A stretch of DNA of 64,000 nucleotides, taken from positions 42,572 through 106,571 of the forward strand of contig JBAZKA010000003.1 in NCBI GenBank assembly GCA_041651015.1, read 5' to 3'. The notes beneath the pieces were generated by a model. The model did not search any database, was not told where the DNA came from, and saw only the letters and a list, made by a program, of their open reading frames with translations. Both the position numbers and the translations under genes were made by a program. This document shows, piece after piece, positions 9,396 through 19,432 of this stretch (its first letter is position 1; every line of letters starts with the position of its first letter). Origin of the DNA: Patescibacteria group bacterium (GTDB lineage Bacteria > Patescibacteriota > Patescibacteriia > Magasanikbacterales > GWA2-37-8).

Positions 9396-10139
9396 ATGAA
9401 TCAAGAAGAACTGCTTAAAGACGTGGAAATAGTGGAGCCGCCAATGCAAGAGTTCAGAAAACGCGGACACTGGTTTGCCACTGCTTGCTTGTCCGGCTCA
9501 GGCTGTGTTTTGTTATTTATCGCGTCCATTGTCATTGGAATCAAATTTTATATTGGTGCCGGGCCGGCCACTGTCAAAAATCTGCCGACAAACTTCCCGA
9601 CCGATGTGCCGATTTACGACCAATACAACATTGACAAAATTACTTACATTTCCGGACGATATAAAAGCCGTTCTATGGAGATGGCTACTTTCTTTCCCAA
9701 ACTGGTCCTGTCGCCTGTGATTTCGCGCGAACAAAATGCGCCGTCAACCTCGGCCAAAGAAAACGGAAATATATTCAAAGAAGTCTTCCGCATGATCTTG
9801 AAACCAATCGGCGACTCTCGCGATATGATTCAAGTTGAATGGCGCGACATCACCAGCGATGTAAATACCATGATAACTTATTATAAAAGAAATTTAACGA
9901 CTAACGGTTTTACGATTGAATCAGAAACTCAAGGCAACAACTATCGTCAATTAACTTTCAGCCGGCAAGATAATTTGAGCGGGACAATTTTCGCGGAATT
10001 TTCCGACCAAAAAACCAAAAAAGTAACTTACGCGTTTATCATGGTAAATTTGCCCTATCCGGCCGAAGTCGTGAGCACGAACACCCAAACCCTCACCACT
10101 ACAACATCAACCGAACCTGAATCAAATGATACTCTCTAG
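9396..10139 (+). CDS. Hypothetical membrane-anchored protein
   Basis: 247 aa; N-terminal TM with Cys (ACLSGSGCVLLFI); LPTNFPTDVPIY; Thr-rich tail. Confidence 0.75.
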   Translation: MNQEELLKDVEIVEPPMQEFRKRGHWFATACLSGSGCVLLFIASIVIGIKFYIGAGPATVKNLPTNFPTDVPIYDQYNIDKITYISGRYKSRSMEMATFFPKLVLSPVISREQNAPSTSAKENGNIFKEVFRMILKPIGDSRDMIQVEWRDITSDVNTMITYYKRNLTTNGFTIESETQGNNYRQLTFSRQDNLSGTIFAEFSDQKTKKVTYAFIMVNLPYPAEVVSTNTQTLTTTTSTEPESNDTL

Positions 10140-11745
10140 CTTAAACAACCAATCCAAAACCGTCACCGGCGCGGCTTTGATTATTGCGACCGCGACTTTG
10201 GCCAGCCGTTTTGTCGGCTTGATTCGCGACCGCATCCTCGCCCATTATTATGGCGCAGGCCCGGTCATGGACGCTTATTACGCGGCTTTCAAAGTTCCCG
10301 ACTTGGTTTATACTCTCTTAATTGTTGGCGCGCTGACAGCCGGATTCATTCCGATTTTTACTAAACTATTTTTTCAAGGCGAAGACAAAACTCCGGCTTG
10401 GCGCTTGGCTAATAATATTTTCAACATCGCCGGCGCGGCTCTGATAATTCTATGTAGCATCGGGATAATCCTATCCAAACACATTGTCCCCATTGTGGCG
10501 CCCGGATTTTCCGGCGATAATCAACATCTGGCGATTGCCTTTACCCGAATAATGTTTTTGTCTCCCCTGCTCCTCGGCCTATCTATGACCTTGGGCGGTG
10601 TCTTGCAATCGCTCCGCCGATTTGTGCTTTATTCCATTGCCCCGATTTTTTATAATTTGGGAATTATTATCGGGGTATCCGTGTTCGCCAAATTTATCGG
10701 CCCGACCGGAGTGGCCTGGGGTGTGGTGTTTGGCGCGGCCATGCACCTCGCGCTCATGGCCATTGGCGCCTACAACTCCGGCTGGAAATGGTCATGGGTT
10801 TTTGATTTAAAAGACGCAGGCACACGCACAGTGGGCAAACTTATGCTACCGCGCACAGTGGGCGTGGCTGTCTCCGAAATAAATATTTTGATTACCACCA
10901 TGCTCGCGTCGCTCCTGCCTATTGGCAGTGTGGCGGTGTACAATTACGCCGCCAACCTACAAGCGGTTCCGACAGGCATTATCGGCATCCCGTTTGCCCT
11001 CGCCGTATTTCCGGTTTTGTCCGCGGCTGCGGCCAGGAATGATATGGCGGACTTTACCAAGAACCTGTCGTCCACCATCGGCAAAATTCTATTTTTGATT
11101 ATTCCCCTTTCCATTATTTTGCTTTTACTCCGCGCGCAAATTGTCCGCGTTATTCTCGGCACCGGGCAATTTGATTGGACCGCCACCACCAATACGGCCA
11201 ACGCGCTCGCGTTTTTTGCTTTTGGACTTTTCGCCCAATCGCTCGTCCCACTGTTTGCCCGCGCATTTTTTTCGCTGTCGGACACCAAGACGCCTCTCGC
11301 CATTGGCGCGTTTTCCGAAATCATCGCCATTGGTTCGGCTTTAATTTTAATGCGTAGTTTGGGTGTGGCGGGATTGGCCTTGGCTTCATCCATTGGCGCG
11401 ATTATCAACGCGTCTTTGCTTGCGGTATTTCTTCGCGTACAAATACCGACATTTAATGGCGCAAAAATCATTGCTTCGCTTTTAAAAATTTCCGCGGCCG
11501 CGATTATCATGGCCGTGGTGGTTCAAATCTTAAAATATCCGTTAAATAAAATTTTTAACTTGGATTATTTCTGGGGCGTCTTTGGCCAAGGCGTAATTGC
11601 CGGAGTTGTCGGCCTCGTAGTTTACGCGGGAATATGCTGGTTGCTCAAAGTGCCGGAGTTAACTGAAATAAAACAATCATTCGCCCGCCGTTGGTTTAGA
11701 GCGCGGAGTGTCGGCGCCACGGATATTATTGATTCAAAGGAATGA
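10126..11745 (+). CDS. murJ: Lipid II flippase MurJ (MviN)
   Basis: SRFVGLIRD, DAYYAAFKVPD, GALTAGFIPIF, RAFFSLSDTKTP; multi-TM. Confidence 0.95.
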   Translation: MILSSLNNQSKTVTGAALIIATATLASRFVGLIRDRILAHYYGAGPVMDAYYAAFKVPDLVYTLLIVGALTAGFIPIFTKLFFQGEDKTPAWRLANNIFNIAGAALIILCSIGIILSKHIVPIVAPGFSGDNQHLAIAFTRIMFLSPLLLGLSMTLGGVLQSLRRFVLYSIAPIFYNLGIIIGVSVFAKFIGPTGVAWGVVFGAAMHLALMAIGAYNSGWKWSWVFDLKDAGTRTVGKLMLPRTVGVAVSEINILITTMLASLLPIGSVAVYNYAANLQAVPTGIIGIPFALAVFPVLSAAAARNDMADFTKNLSSTIGKILFLIIPLSIILLLLRAQIVRVILGTGQFDWTATTNTANALAFFAFGLFAQSLVPLFARAFFSLSDTKTPLAIGAFSEIIAIGSALILMRSLGVAGLALASSIGAIINASLLAVFLRVQIPTFNGAKIIASLLKISAAAIIMAVVVQILKYPLNKIFNLDYFWGVFGQGVIAGVVGLVVYAGICWLLKVPELTEIKQSFARRWFRARSVGATDIIDSKE

Positions 11746-11746
11746 T

Positions 11747-11938
11747 ATGATGTCCCACATGCTTACAAATATACTTTTTCGTTTCATCTTCTTTCTACCA
11801 TACTTCATGCTTGCCGCCTCAGTAATATTATTTCAAAAATATAAAAACCGCTTATTTAGAGTATATTTATTAATAATGACCACTATATTGGTCCCCACAT
11901 ATTGGATTCTATTATCGCTATGGACAGGGACAGTTTAA
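11747..11938 (+). CDS. Small 2-TM membrane protein (63 aa)
   Basis: ATG 1 nt after the murJ stop; two hydrophobic segments; fills the murJ-lepA gap; AT-rich. Confidence 0.5.
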   Translation: MMSHMLTNILFRFIFFLPYFMLAASVILFQKYKNRLFRVYLLIMTTILVPTYWILLSLWTGTV

Positions 11939-13725
11939 TGAGAAATTTTTGCATCATCGCCCACATTGACCACGGGAAATCCACCCTGGCCGATAGATTT
12001 TTGGAATTGACTGGAACAGTTTCACATAGGGACATGAAAGAACAATTATTAGATTCCATGGATCTGGAACGCGAACGTGGTATCACCATCAAACTCACGC
12101 CGGTCAGAATGAACTACACGGCCAATGACGGCAAAAAATATATTTTAAATTTAATTGATACGCCCGGACACGTGGATTTTAATTACGAGGTGTCCCGCTC
12201 GCTCGCGGCCGTGGAAGGCGCCATACTTCTCGTGGACGCGACTCAAGGCGTGCAAGCGCAAACGATCGGCAATTTGTATTTGGCGCTGGAACAAAATTTG
12301 ACCATCGTGCCGGTTATCAACAAAATTGACACTCCGGCCGCTAATGTTGAAAAAACTAAAGAAGAAATTATCCATTTAATCGGCTGTAAAGATGAAGATA
12401 TTTTGCTCGCTTCGGGCAAAACCGGCCAAGGTGTGCCGGAAATATTAGAACGCATTATCACGGTTGTTCCCCCACCAATGATTACCGCCGATCGTCCGGC
12501 GCGCGCTTTGATTTTTGATTCTTCATACAACGAATACAAAGGCGTGGTTGCTTCGGTCAGAATGATTGACGGCCAAATGAAAAAGGGCGACAAAATATTA
12601 TTAATGACCACCAAAACTCCCGCCGATGTTTTGGAGATCGGCTACTACACGCCAAAATTTAAACCAGCCGATGTTCTCGTAAGCGGTGAAACCGGTTATA
12701 TTGTCACAGGCCTGAAAGAAGTCCGCGAGTGCCGTGTCGGCGACACCATTACATCTATCAGCGAACCGGCGAGCGAAGCCTTGCCCGGTTACAAAGAAGT
12801 TAAGCCTATGGTCTTTGCCGGAATTTTCCCCAAAGAAGGCAACGAATACCAAGAATTGCGCGACGCGATAGATAAATTAAAATTAAGCGACTCCTCGCTT
12901 TATTATGAACCCGAACATTCGCAGGCGCTCGGCTTTGGTTTCCGCTGTGGTTTTCTCGGCATGCTTCATCTGGATATTTTTCAGGAACGTTTGCGCCGTG
13001 AGTTTAATATTGATATTGTCATTACCGTGCCGAGCGTGGCTTACAAAATTATCAAGACTGCCGGCGACGAAATAATTATTCATGGCCCTCAAGAAATGCC
13101 CGACCCGTCGCACATCCGCGAAGTCCACGAGCCATGGATGTCCTTGGACATCATCACGCCCAAAGAATATGTTGGTAACGTGATGGGGCTAATTTCCGAA
13201 CGCAAAGGCCGTTATGTCAACACTGAATATCTCTCGGCCGGAGCCGGACAACGCGCGGCCATTCATTATATTATCCCTCTTGCCTCGCTCATCACGGATT
13301 TTTATGATAAACTAAAAACTGTCACTTCCGGCTACGCTTCCATGAATTATGAGTATCGCGGTTATGAACCGACTAAAGTGGTAAAACTGGATATTTTAAT
13401 CGCCGAGGATCCGGTGGAAGAATTGTCCACATTAGTTTGGGATGATGAAGCTTACAAAACCGGCAAAAAAATTGTGGAATCTCTCAAAGAATCTTTGCCT
13501 CGCCAACAATTTGAAATTAAAATTCAAGCCGCTATTGGTGGAAAGATCGTGGCCTCGGAACGATTGAGCGCCTACCGCAAAGACGTCTTGGCAAAATTAT
13601 ACGGCGGAGACGTCACGCGTAAAATGAAACTTTTGGAAAAACAGAAAAAGGGAAAACGTAAAATGGCTTCGCACGGCAAAGTGGACATTCCCACTGAAGC
13701 ATATTTAAAAGTGCTAAAACGATAA
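11920..13725 (+). CDS. lepA: Elongation factor 4 (LepA)
   Basis: RNFCIIAHIDHGKSTLADR, ERERGITIK, DTPGHVDF, GFRCGFLGMLH, YGGDVTRKMKLLEKQKKGK. Confidence 0.98.
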   Translation: MDRDSLMRNFCIIAHIDHGKSTLADRFLELTGTVSHRDMKEQLLDSMDLERERGITIKLTPVRMNYTANDGKKYILNLIDTPGHVDFNYEVSRSLAAVEGAILLVDATQGVQAQTIGNLYLALEQNLTIVPVINKIDTPAANVEKTKEEIIHLIGCKDEDILLASGKTGQGVPEILERIITVVPPPMITADRPARALIFDSSYNEYKGVVASVRMIDGQMKKGDKILLMTTKTPADVLEIGYYTPKFKPADVLVSGETGYIVTGLKEVRECRVGDTITSISEPASEALPGYKEVKPMVFAGIFPKEGNEYQELRDAIDKLKLSDSSLYYEPEHSQALGFGFRCGFLGMLHLDIFQERLRREFNIDIVITVPSVAYKIIKTAGDEIIIHGPQEMPDPSHIREVHEPWMSLDIITPKEYVGNVMGLISERKGRYVNTEYLSAGAGQRAAIHYIIPLASLITDFYDKLKTVTSGYASMNYEYRGYEPTKVVKLDILIAEDPVEELSTLVWDDEAYKTGKKIVESLKESLPRQQFEIKIQAAIGGKIVASERLSAYRKDVLAKLYGGDVTRKMKLLEKQKKGKRKMASHGKVDIPTEAYLKVLKR

Positions 13726-13774
13726 TAATAATTCGTATAATTCGCATGCATTCGTATATTCGCATCGCAACAAT

Positions 13775-13870
13775 ATGAAACACAAAACACTCAAATCACT
13801 TTGGGCGCTGGTGGCGGTCGTGGGCGTGCTCGCCATGATAATGTTCACTATCCTGCCGTTGTTCCAATAA
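13775..13870 (+). CDS. 31-aa single-TM peptide MKHKTLKSLWALVAVVGVLAMIMFTILPLFQ
   Basis: ATG 13775 to TAA 13870; basic N-terminus plus hydrophobic helix; ends 4 nt before recJ. Confidence 0.7.
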   Translation: MKHKTLKSLWALVAVVGVLAMIMFTILPLFQ

Positions 13871-13874
13871 TTTT

Positions 13875-15653
13875 ATGCTCAAAAAATGGGTCGTCCGGCC
13901 GGAACCGCCGGCTGAATTTATAAATTCTCATCCTGAACTGCCCTTAATCGTGGCGCGTTTGCTTTGGAACCGCGGACTCAAAACCCAAGAGCAAATTGAC
14001 GAATTTCTTAATCCTGATTATCTGGCCGACATCCACGACCCGTTTTTGTTCCGCGATATGGACAAAGCGACAGATATTATTTTTGACGCCATTGCCCAAG
14101 ATAAAAAAATTGTGGTGCATGGAGATTATGACGCGGACGGAGTTTGCGCCACTACCATCCTTACCAAAACATTGAAAAAATTAGGCGCAAAAAATTTATC
14201 CGTATTTTTACCCAGCCGGATTGACGATGGTTATGGTTTGAATTTGAAAACCATTAAATCATTCGTGGAACAAAAAAATGATTTGATCATCACTTGTGAT
14301 TGTGGCATCACCAATGTGGCGGAGGTGAAAGCGGCCAAAGACGCCGGGCTCACCGTAATTATCAGCGACCACCACACTCCGCCGGAAATCATACCGCCGG
14401 CCGATGCCGTTATCCACGCCTTTCAACCCAACGAAACTTATCCGGACAAGGGGTTGGCCGGCGCGGCTGTAGCCTTCAAATTGGCGCAGGGACTATTAAA
14501 AAAACATCAAAAAAATAATTCTATTCTGACTGACGGGCAAACACATGAGGCCTTTGAAAAATGGCTGTTGGACCTGGTGGCCATTGCCACTATCGGCGAC
14601 ATGGTGCCACTCATCGGCGAATCACGTACGCTTGCCCGCTACGGCCTTACAGTTATCAACAAGACGCGCAATATTGGCCTTAAGCAACTACTGGTCGTCG
14701 CATCGCTCGTGGACGAAAACGGTAAACCCAAACGTAATTCTTTTGACTCCGAAACAGTCAGTTTCCAAATTGTGCCGCGCCTCAATGCCGCCGGTCGTAT
14801 GGACCACGCCAACACAGCCTATGCCTTGCTCGCCTCCGAAGATAAGACAGACGCGGAAAAATTAGCCTTAATGCTCAACCAAAATAATATTGACCGCCAA
14901 AAAATGACTGAGGAATTGACGAACCGGGCGATCAAACAGATAAATTCTGTTGATCAAACAAAAAACTTTGTGCTGTTTTTTTCTGACGAAGCTTTGTCCG
15001 TTGGCATTGCCGGACTCATCGCCGGCAAAATCAAAGATACTTACAATAAACCGGCTATTGCTATCGGACTGGGGGGCGAAGAAATTACCGGCTCAGGCCG
15101 AAGTATTCCGGAATTCAATATCATGGAGGCCTTGCATTCTATGCCGGAATTTTTTCTCAAATATGGCGGCCACCCGCAAGCTTGCGGATTCTCGCTCAAA
15201 TCCCGCGACGACTTGGAAAAATTTCAATCAACCATGAATGAATACGCCTCAAAGACTATCAAGGATGTTGACATGACCCCGCAAATTTTGGTGGACGCGG
15301 AAATAAATCTGGAAGATGTTGATTGGAAGCTTTATGATATTTTACAAAAATTTGAACCGTTCGGCGCGCGCAACGAAGAACCGATTTATACCGCGCGCAA
15401 CCTCACCGTGGTGGAAATAAACCCTGTCGGCAACGACGGAAAACATCTTAAATTAATGGTCCGCCACAATTCACACACTGTCCGCAAAACCATTGCCTTT
15501 GGCTTTGGAGATATTAATAAACATCCGCTTGATTGGAAAAAGATTTTACATGCCGGGGATAAAATTGATTTGGTGTTTACGGTTGGCGTGAACGAGTGGA
15601 ACGGCAATCGCGAACTGGAATTGTCGGTCAAGGATATGAAAGTGAGCGAATAG
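13875..15653 (+). CDS. recJ: ssDNA exonuclease RecJ
   Basis: HGDYDADG, ITCDCG, SDHH, ATIGDMVPL, PRLNAAGRM, GSGRS, YGGHPQACG, EPFG. Confidence 0.96.
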   Translation: MLKKWVVRPEPPAEFINSHPELPLIVARLLWNRGLKTQEQIDEFLNPDYLADIHDPFLFRDMDKATDIIFDAIAQDKKIVVHGDYDADGVCATTILTKTLKKLGAKNLSVFLPSRIDDGYGLNLKTIKSFVEQKNDLIITCDCGITNVAEVKAAKDAGLTVIISDHHTPPEIIPPADAVIHAFQPNETYPDKGLAGAAVAFKLAQGLLKKHQKNNSILTDGQTHEAFEKWLLDLVAIATIGDMVPLIGESRTLARYGLTVINKTRNIGLKQLLVVASLVDENGKPKRNSFDSETVSFQIVPRLNAAGRMDHANTAYALLASEDKTDAEKLALMLNQNNIDRQKMTEELTNRAIKQINSVDQTKNFVLFFSDEALSVGIAGLIAGKIKDTYNKPAIAIGLGGEEITGSGRSIPEFNIMEALHSMPEFFLKYGGHPQACGFSLKSRDDLEKFQSTMNEYASKTIKDVDMTPQILVDAEINLEDVDWKLYDILQKFEPFGARNEEPIYTARNLTVVEINPVGNDGKHLKLMVRHNSHTVRKTIAFGFGDINKHPLDWKKILHAGDKIDLVFTVGVNEWNGNRELELSVKDMKVSE

Positions 15654-15679
15654 TAATTTGTAATTAATAATTTACACAA

Positions 15680-15709
15680 TAAAACACCCCGCATTTGCGG
15701 GGTGTTTTT
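15680..15709. terminator. Bidirectional intrinsic terminator
   Basis: AAAACACCCCGC-ATTT-GCGGGGTGTTTTT between convergent genes. Confidence 0.8.
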
Positions 15710-15739
15710 CGTTCTTTCGTAAATTTTTGCAGGCGGTAT

Positions 15740-16051
15740 CTATCCGTTTCTGATTTCTTCTTCCAGTCCATCCCATTTTTTTGACAATTCACGCACCAAA
15801 TTATTTTTTACATCTGCGGCTAATTCTTTCTTGGCGGCGTATTCTTCCACCGCGCGCTCCACCAGAGCGTCCCACATTTCTTTGGTCGGGCCCTCCAGCT
15901 TCATAATGCTGGTTTTGAGTTCACAATATAGCGGTTCAAGATGCGCCAAAATTTTAGTGCGATATTCCTTGCCTTTAACTGTGGCATTGAGCCACATCAA
16001 TCCGGCGCCCAAAATCCCACCAACCACCACGCCTTTATTGAACTTACCCAT
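15740..16051 (-). CDS. YtxH-like small protein
   Basis: GVVVGGILGAGLMWL..KGKEYR N-terminus followed by an amphipathic helical region. Confidence 0.65.
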   Translation of the reverse strand: MGKFNKGVVVGGILGAGLMWLNATVKGKEYRTKILAHLEPLYCELKTSIMKLEGPTKEMWDALVERAVEEYAAKKELAADVKNNLVRELSKKWDGLEEEIRNG

Positions 16052-16126
16052 AGGATGTTAAATTAGGTATTAATTTTTTAGCTAACTCCCTGCGGGAGTT
16101 CCCCCGTAGGGGGACAGCTCAATATT

Positions 16127-16966
16127 CTAACTACAGCTTGCATCGGTGGCCGCGCCGGCAGTATCGCCAAAACTGGCCGAAAAACTTTGCGTACTGAGAG
16201 TCTTGTCGCATTCGCTCGGCGCTTTACTAAATGCGGCGCAGATTGCTTGTTTGACCGCTTCTGGAGTACGGCCGGAATCAATTTGCACTCCATTAATCAC
16301 GAGGGTTGGCGAACCCTGCACGCCATATTTATCGTTTTCAGTTTGATGAACCGTATAAACCGGATAGGTATTTGAAAGCCATGTAGATTTGTCATTATAC
16401 ATTTCGGTAATTTTGAACGTTTTGTCTGTTTTGGCCACACAGGCGTTCATTTTGCTCGTATTCACACCCGCGGTTTTCAAACACGTCGTTGAATCTCCAC
16501 TACCGGTAAAACATTTCAAATAGGAATTAAATTTAGCAACCTGTTCTTTCTGAATACAATACTGCCGAGTATTCTCATCCAGTTCTTTCTTTTCATGCAT
16601 GGCATAAGACACAAACTTCACACTCATGTCGGCTTTTTTACCGAGCAACTCCATAACCGGTAAATAGGCTTTTTCCATTTGCAAACCATACGGGCAATAC
16701 GACATCACAAATAATTCCACCACCGGCTTGTCAGTTTTTGGCGCGACAGCCACCGTCTCCGTTTGATCGGTGGTATCTGAACTAGCGACCGCGGTATTTT
16801 TTACCGTTGAACCGGCCGAACAATTCAGACCATTAGTGGCGGCCATTACCGCCAAAACAATAAAGCCGATAGTACAGACAATCATCAACCCTCCAACAAT
16901 ACCAAGAATCATGGCGCTCTTTGGCTCCAGAATCTCAAACAAATTTTTCTTTGGCTCGTTCTCCAT
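16127..16966 (-). CDS. Membrane-anchored thioredoxin/DsbA-fold protein
   Basis: N-terminal TM; VELFVMSYCPYG; GVQGSPTLVING; several extra Cys. Confidence 0.75.
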   Translation of the reverse strand: MENEPKKNLFEILEPKSAMILGIVGGLMIVCTIGFIVLAVMAATNGLNCSAGSTVKNTAVASSDTTDQTETVAVAPKTDKPVVELFVMSYCPYGLQMEKAYLPVMELLGKKADMSVKFVSYAMHEKKELDENTRQYCIQKEQVAKFNSYLKCFTGSGDSTTCLKTAGVNTSKMNACVAKTDKTFKITEMYNDKSTWLSNTYPVYTVHQTENDKYGVQGSPTLVINGVQIDSGRTPEAVKQAICAAFSKAPSECDKTLSTQSFSASFGDTAGAATDASCS

Positions 16967-16969
16967 AAT

Positions 16970-17500
16970 TTAGCTAATAAACGATGAATAAATAGATACG
17001 CAGGCTTTTGCCTCCATATCCGAATGCAATAATTTTAACTCATCCGCCGTATAAGTCAAGTGGATTTTGTCAATAACCCGGCTACATAATTTAGAAATTT
17101 TCGGCCAATAATAACAATTATATAAATAAACAAATACTGAAAATAAATCGGTAATTTTCATCTCGCGCCAAACAGTCGCGACCAAAATTTTATCCGGATT
17201 AGATTTTTTCCAAGCCAGCAAATTTTTAGCCAAGCCGAAAAATGGACAGTGTAAGTGAACAATATCGTAATTACCCAGATCATTAATTAAATCTCCGCCA
17301 TTAATCAGTCCACTAAAATTTAGACCCGGAGCTTTTTGCGAAATTAAATTTTGTTCACGCCGAGTAGCCGCGCCATACTGCAAAGTGTAGGCCTCCGCGT
17401 CAATCCCCATCTCACGTTCGACGTTTACCAAAGCCATCGCTTTATCGCGGATATCGTTAAAATAATCAAAGGCTGATGGAATCAAATGAATAACTTTCAT
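16970..17500 (-). CDS. GT4-like N-terminal domain only protein
   Basis: MKVIHLIPS start overlapping the upstream stop; YDIVHLHCPFFG resembles FDVVHLHYPFYG of the neighbouring GT4; no C-terminal nucleotide-sugar domain. Confidence 0.6.
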   Translation of the reverse strand: MKVIHLIPSAFDYFNDIRDKAMALVNVEREMGIDAEAYTLQYGAATRREQNLISQKAPGLNFSGLINGGDLINDLGNYDIVHLHCPFFGLAKNLLAWKKSNPDKILVATVWREMKITDLFSVFVYLYNCYYWPKISKLCSRVIDKIHLTYTADELKLLHSDMEAKACVSIYSSFIS

Positions 17501-18303
17501 AATTTTTTGGCGACAATATGAACATTGGGCGACGGCAGCCAAAATAATAATTTTGATTCCAATGTAATCAAACAATTTACAAATTTCTTAAGCTTAGAAA
17601 ATCCGGCCGATGATTCTTGGGCAAAAAATGTTTCGTTGTTGATTTGCCCGCCCGATTTATTGGCCGCACGCCCCATGGCCTTGAACACGGCCACACCGAG
17701 GATTTGGCCGAGGATATTTTCCGCGTAAGTTTCCGACTTGATGCGAAAACCGGAATTGATAAAAATTTTACGCGCCTCCGCGAGCGAGAAAAAATTTACA
17801 TGTCCGGCAAATCTGTTGGTTAAATTATTTTTCCATCCCAATTTGTCCAGCCAACGCCAGAGCGACGTCTTGTCCCCTTCGCACGGCACGAAACCGTACA
17901 TAATTCCTTTTGTTTTCAGGACGCGTTTGATTTCCGCGACAAAATTCTCCGGTTCACTCACGTGTTCCAAAACATCCATAAATATAACAGCATCAAAATT
18001 ATTATCCTCGTAGGGAAAACGTCCGCCATCAAACGCAGTATAACGCACACCATCAACCGCACCCACTGCTGTATTAATTGCTTCTTGACTCAAATCCACG
18101 CCAAAACATTCCCACTCGGGACGGATTTTTTTTATTGCCCGGATAAACGCGCCCGCACCACAGCCGATTTCCAAAATCTTCGCGCCTTCGGGTAATTTCC
18201 TCAAAGATTTCAAACATCGCCCAAGCCGGATGTTCATCGGATCAGACCATTTGAGCGTGGCCGTCCCCCGCCCCCAAATTGATTGTTCGTAATTAAATGA
18301 CAT
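17497..18303 (-). CDS. Class I SAM-dependent methyltransferase
   Basis: ILEIGCGAG, GVDLS, FDAVIFMDVLEHV, RVLK. Confidence 0.9.
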   Translation of the reverse strand: MSFNYEQSIWGRGTATLKWSDPMNIRLGRCLKSLRKLPEGAKILEIGCGAGAFIRAIKKIRPEWECFGVDLSQEAINTAVGAVDGVRYTAFDGGRFPYEDNNFDAVIFMDVLEHVSEPENFVAEIKRVLKTKGIMYGFVPCEGDKTSLWRWLDKLGWKNNLTNRFAGHVNFFSLAEARKIFINSGFRIKSETYAENILGQILGVAVFKAMGRAANKSGGQINNETFFAQESSAGFSKLKKFVNCLITLESKLLFWLPSPNVHIVAKKL

Positions 18304-18312
18304 GGAAATATA

Positions 18313-19428
18313 TTATAGCGCTAAATAGACTTCCTTCAACTTCCTCATATGTTCCTCAACGGAATATTTCTTGGCCGACTCGCTCGCTCGCTCGGAAATA
18401 ATTTGCCTTTCCACTTCGGACAAATTTAAAATTTTATTTAGTCCATCTATCCAAATTTGCTCATTATTAACCTTGAGCAAAAATCCATCTTCATTATTTT
18501 TTATTCTACCACGAAGACCGGACACTTCGCTTCCAGCTACAATCGCGCCCCCGGCCATGGCTTCCACGGCCACGAGCGAAAACGATTCTGACAGAGACGG
18601 TATCGCGACTACGTTCGCCACGCGATAATAATCTGAAAGCAGTTCGCGCGAAACATCATTGCCTAAAAATATAATTTTATCTTGTAATTTTTTCTCGTTA
18701 ACCAAATCGCGGATACTCTGCTCTGCATATCCCCCGCCGACAATCGCCAGCCGAGCGTCATTATCTAAATTCGGCAAAATTTTAATTAATAATTGCAAAT
18801 TTTTTACGGGCAAAAGATTTCCCACAAACAAAATTACTTTTTTGCCCGTTAGCTCCTGATGTCCGAGCTCAAGCCATGTTTTGATTGAGGCCGGCTTGAA
18901 CACGGATAAATCCACGCCGTTGGGTAAAACCACGGATTTATCTTTACCGATATAACGTCCAAATTTTGATGCTTTAAAATAATCTTCATCCACCACGATG
19001 ACTCTATCAGCAACACTAAATAATTTTTTGGAATAAATTTTATCGTAAAGATTATTGGCAAAACTCAAACATCCCGCCCGTTGCGCGTCCATATGATACG
19101 TGACCACTAATTTAAAACCGAGCAATTTTTTTGCTTTGATGAGCGAGCCAAGCGCGCCGTAAAAAGGATAATGGAGATGAACGACATCAAATCCTCGTAA
19201 AAGTTCTTCCAAATTACGTAAAATTCCGCCGTCACCAATTTTAATAAACGGCTTGAGACGAAAAATTTTATATGATAAATCTTCATCCTCATATTTGTAA
19301 TTAGGGTATGCCAGCGTAAACACCGCAACTTCATGCTCGGGAGCGAGGCGCACCGCTTCATCCTCGCAAACCAAACCCATACCGCCCTTGTGCGGTGGAA
19401 AAGTGGAAACAAGATTTGCGATTTTCAT
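18313..19428 (-). CDS. Glycosyltransferase family 4
   Basis: FPPHKGG, LPNGVD, LFVGNL..K, PSLSESFSLVAVEAMAGG. Confidence 0.92.
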   Translation of the reverse strand: MKIANLVSTFPPHKGGMGLVCEDEAVRLAPEHEVAVFTLAYPNYKYEDEDLSYKIFRLKPFIKIGDGGILRNLEELLRGFDVVHLHYPFYGALGSLIKAKKLLGFKLVVTYHMDAQRAGCLSFANNLYDKIYSKKLFSVADRVIVVDEDYFKASKFGRYIGKDKSVVLPNGVDLSVFKPASIKTWLELGHQELTGKKVILFVGNLLPVKNLQLLIKILPNLDNDARLAIVGGGYAEQSIRDLVNEKKLQDKIIFLGNDVSRELLSDYYRVANVVAIPSLSESFSLVAVEAMAGGAIVAGSEVSGLRGRIKNNEDGFLLKVNNEQIWIDGLNKILNLSEVERQIISERASESAKKYSVEEHMRKLKEVYLAL

Positions 19429-19432
19429 AAAA

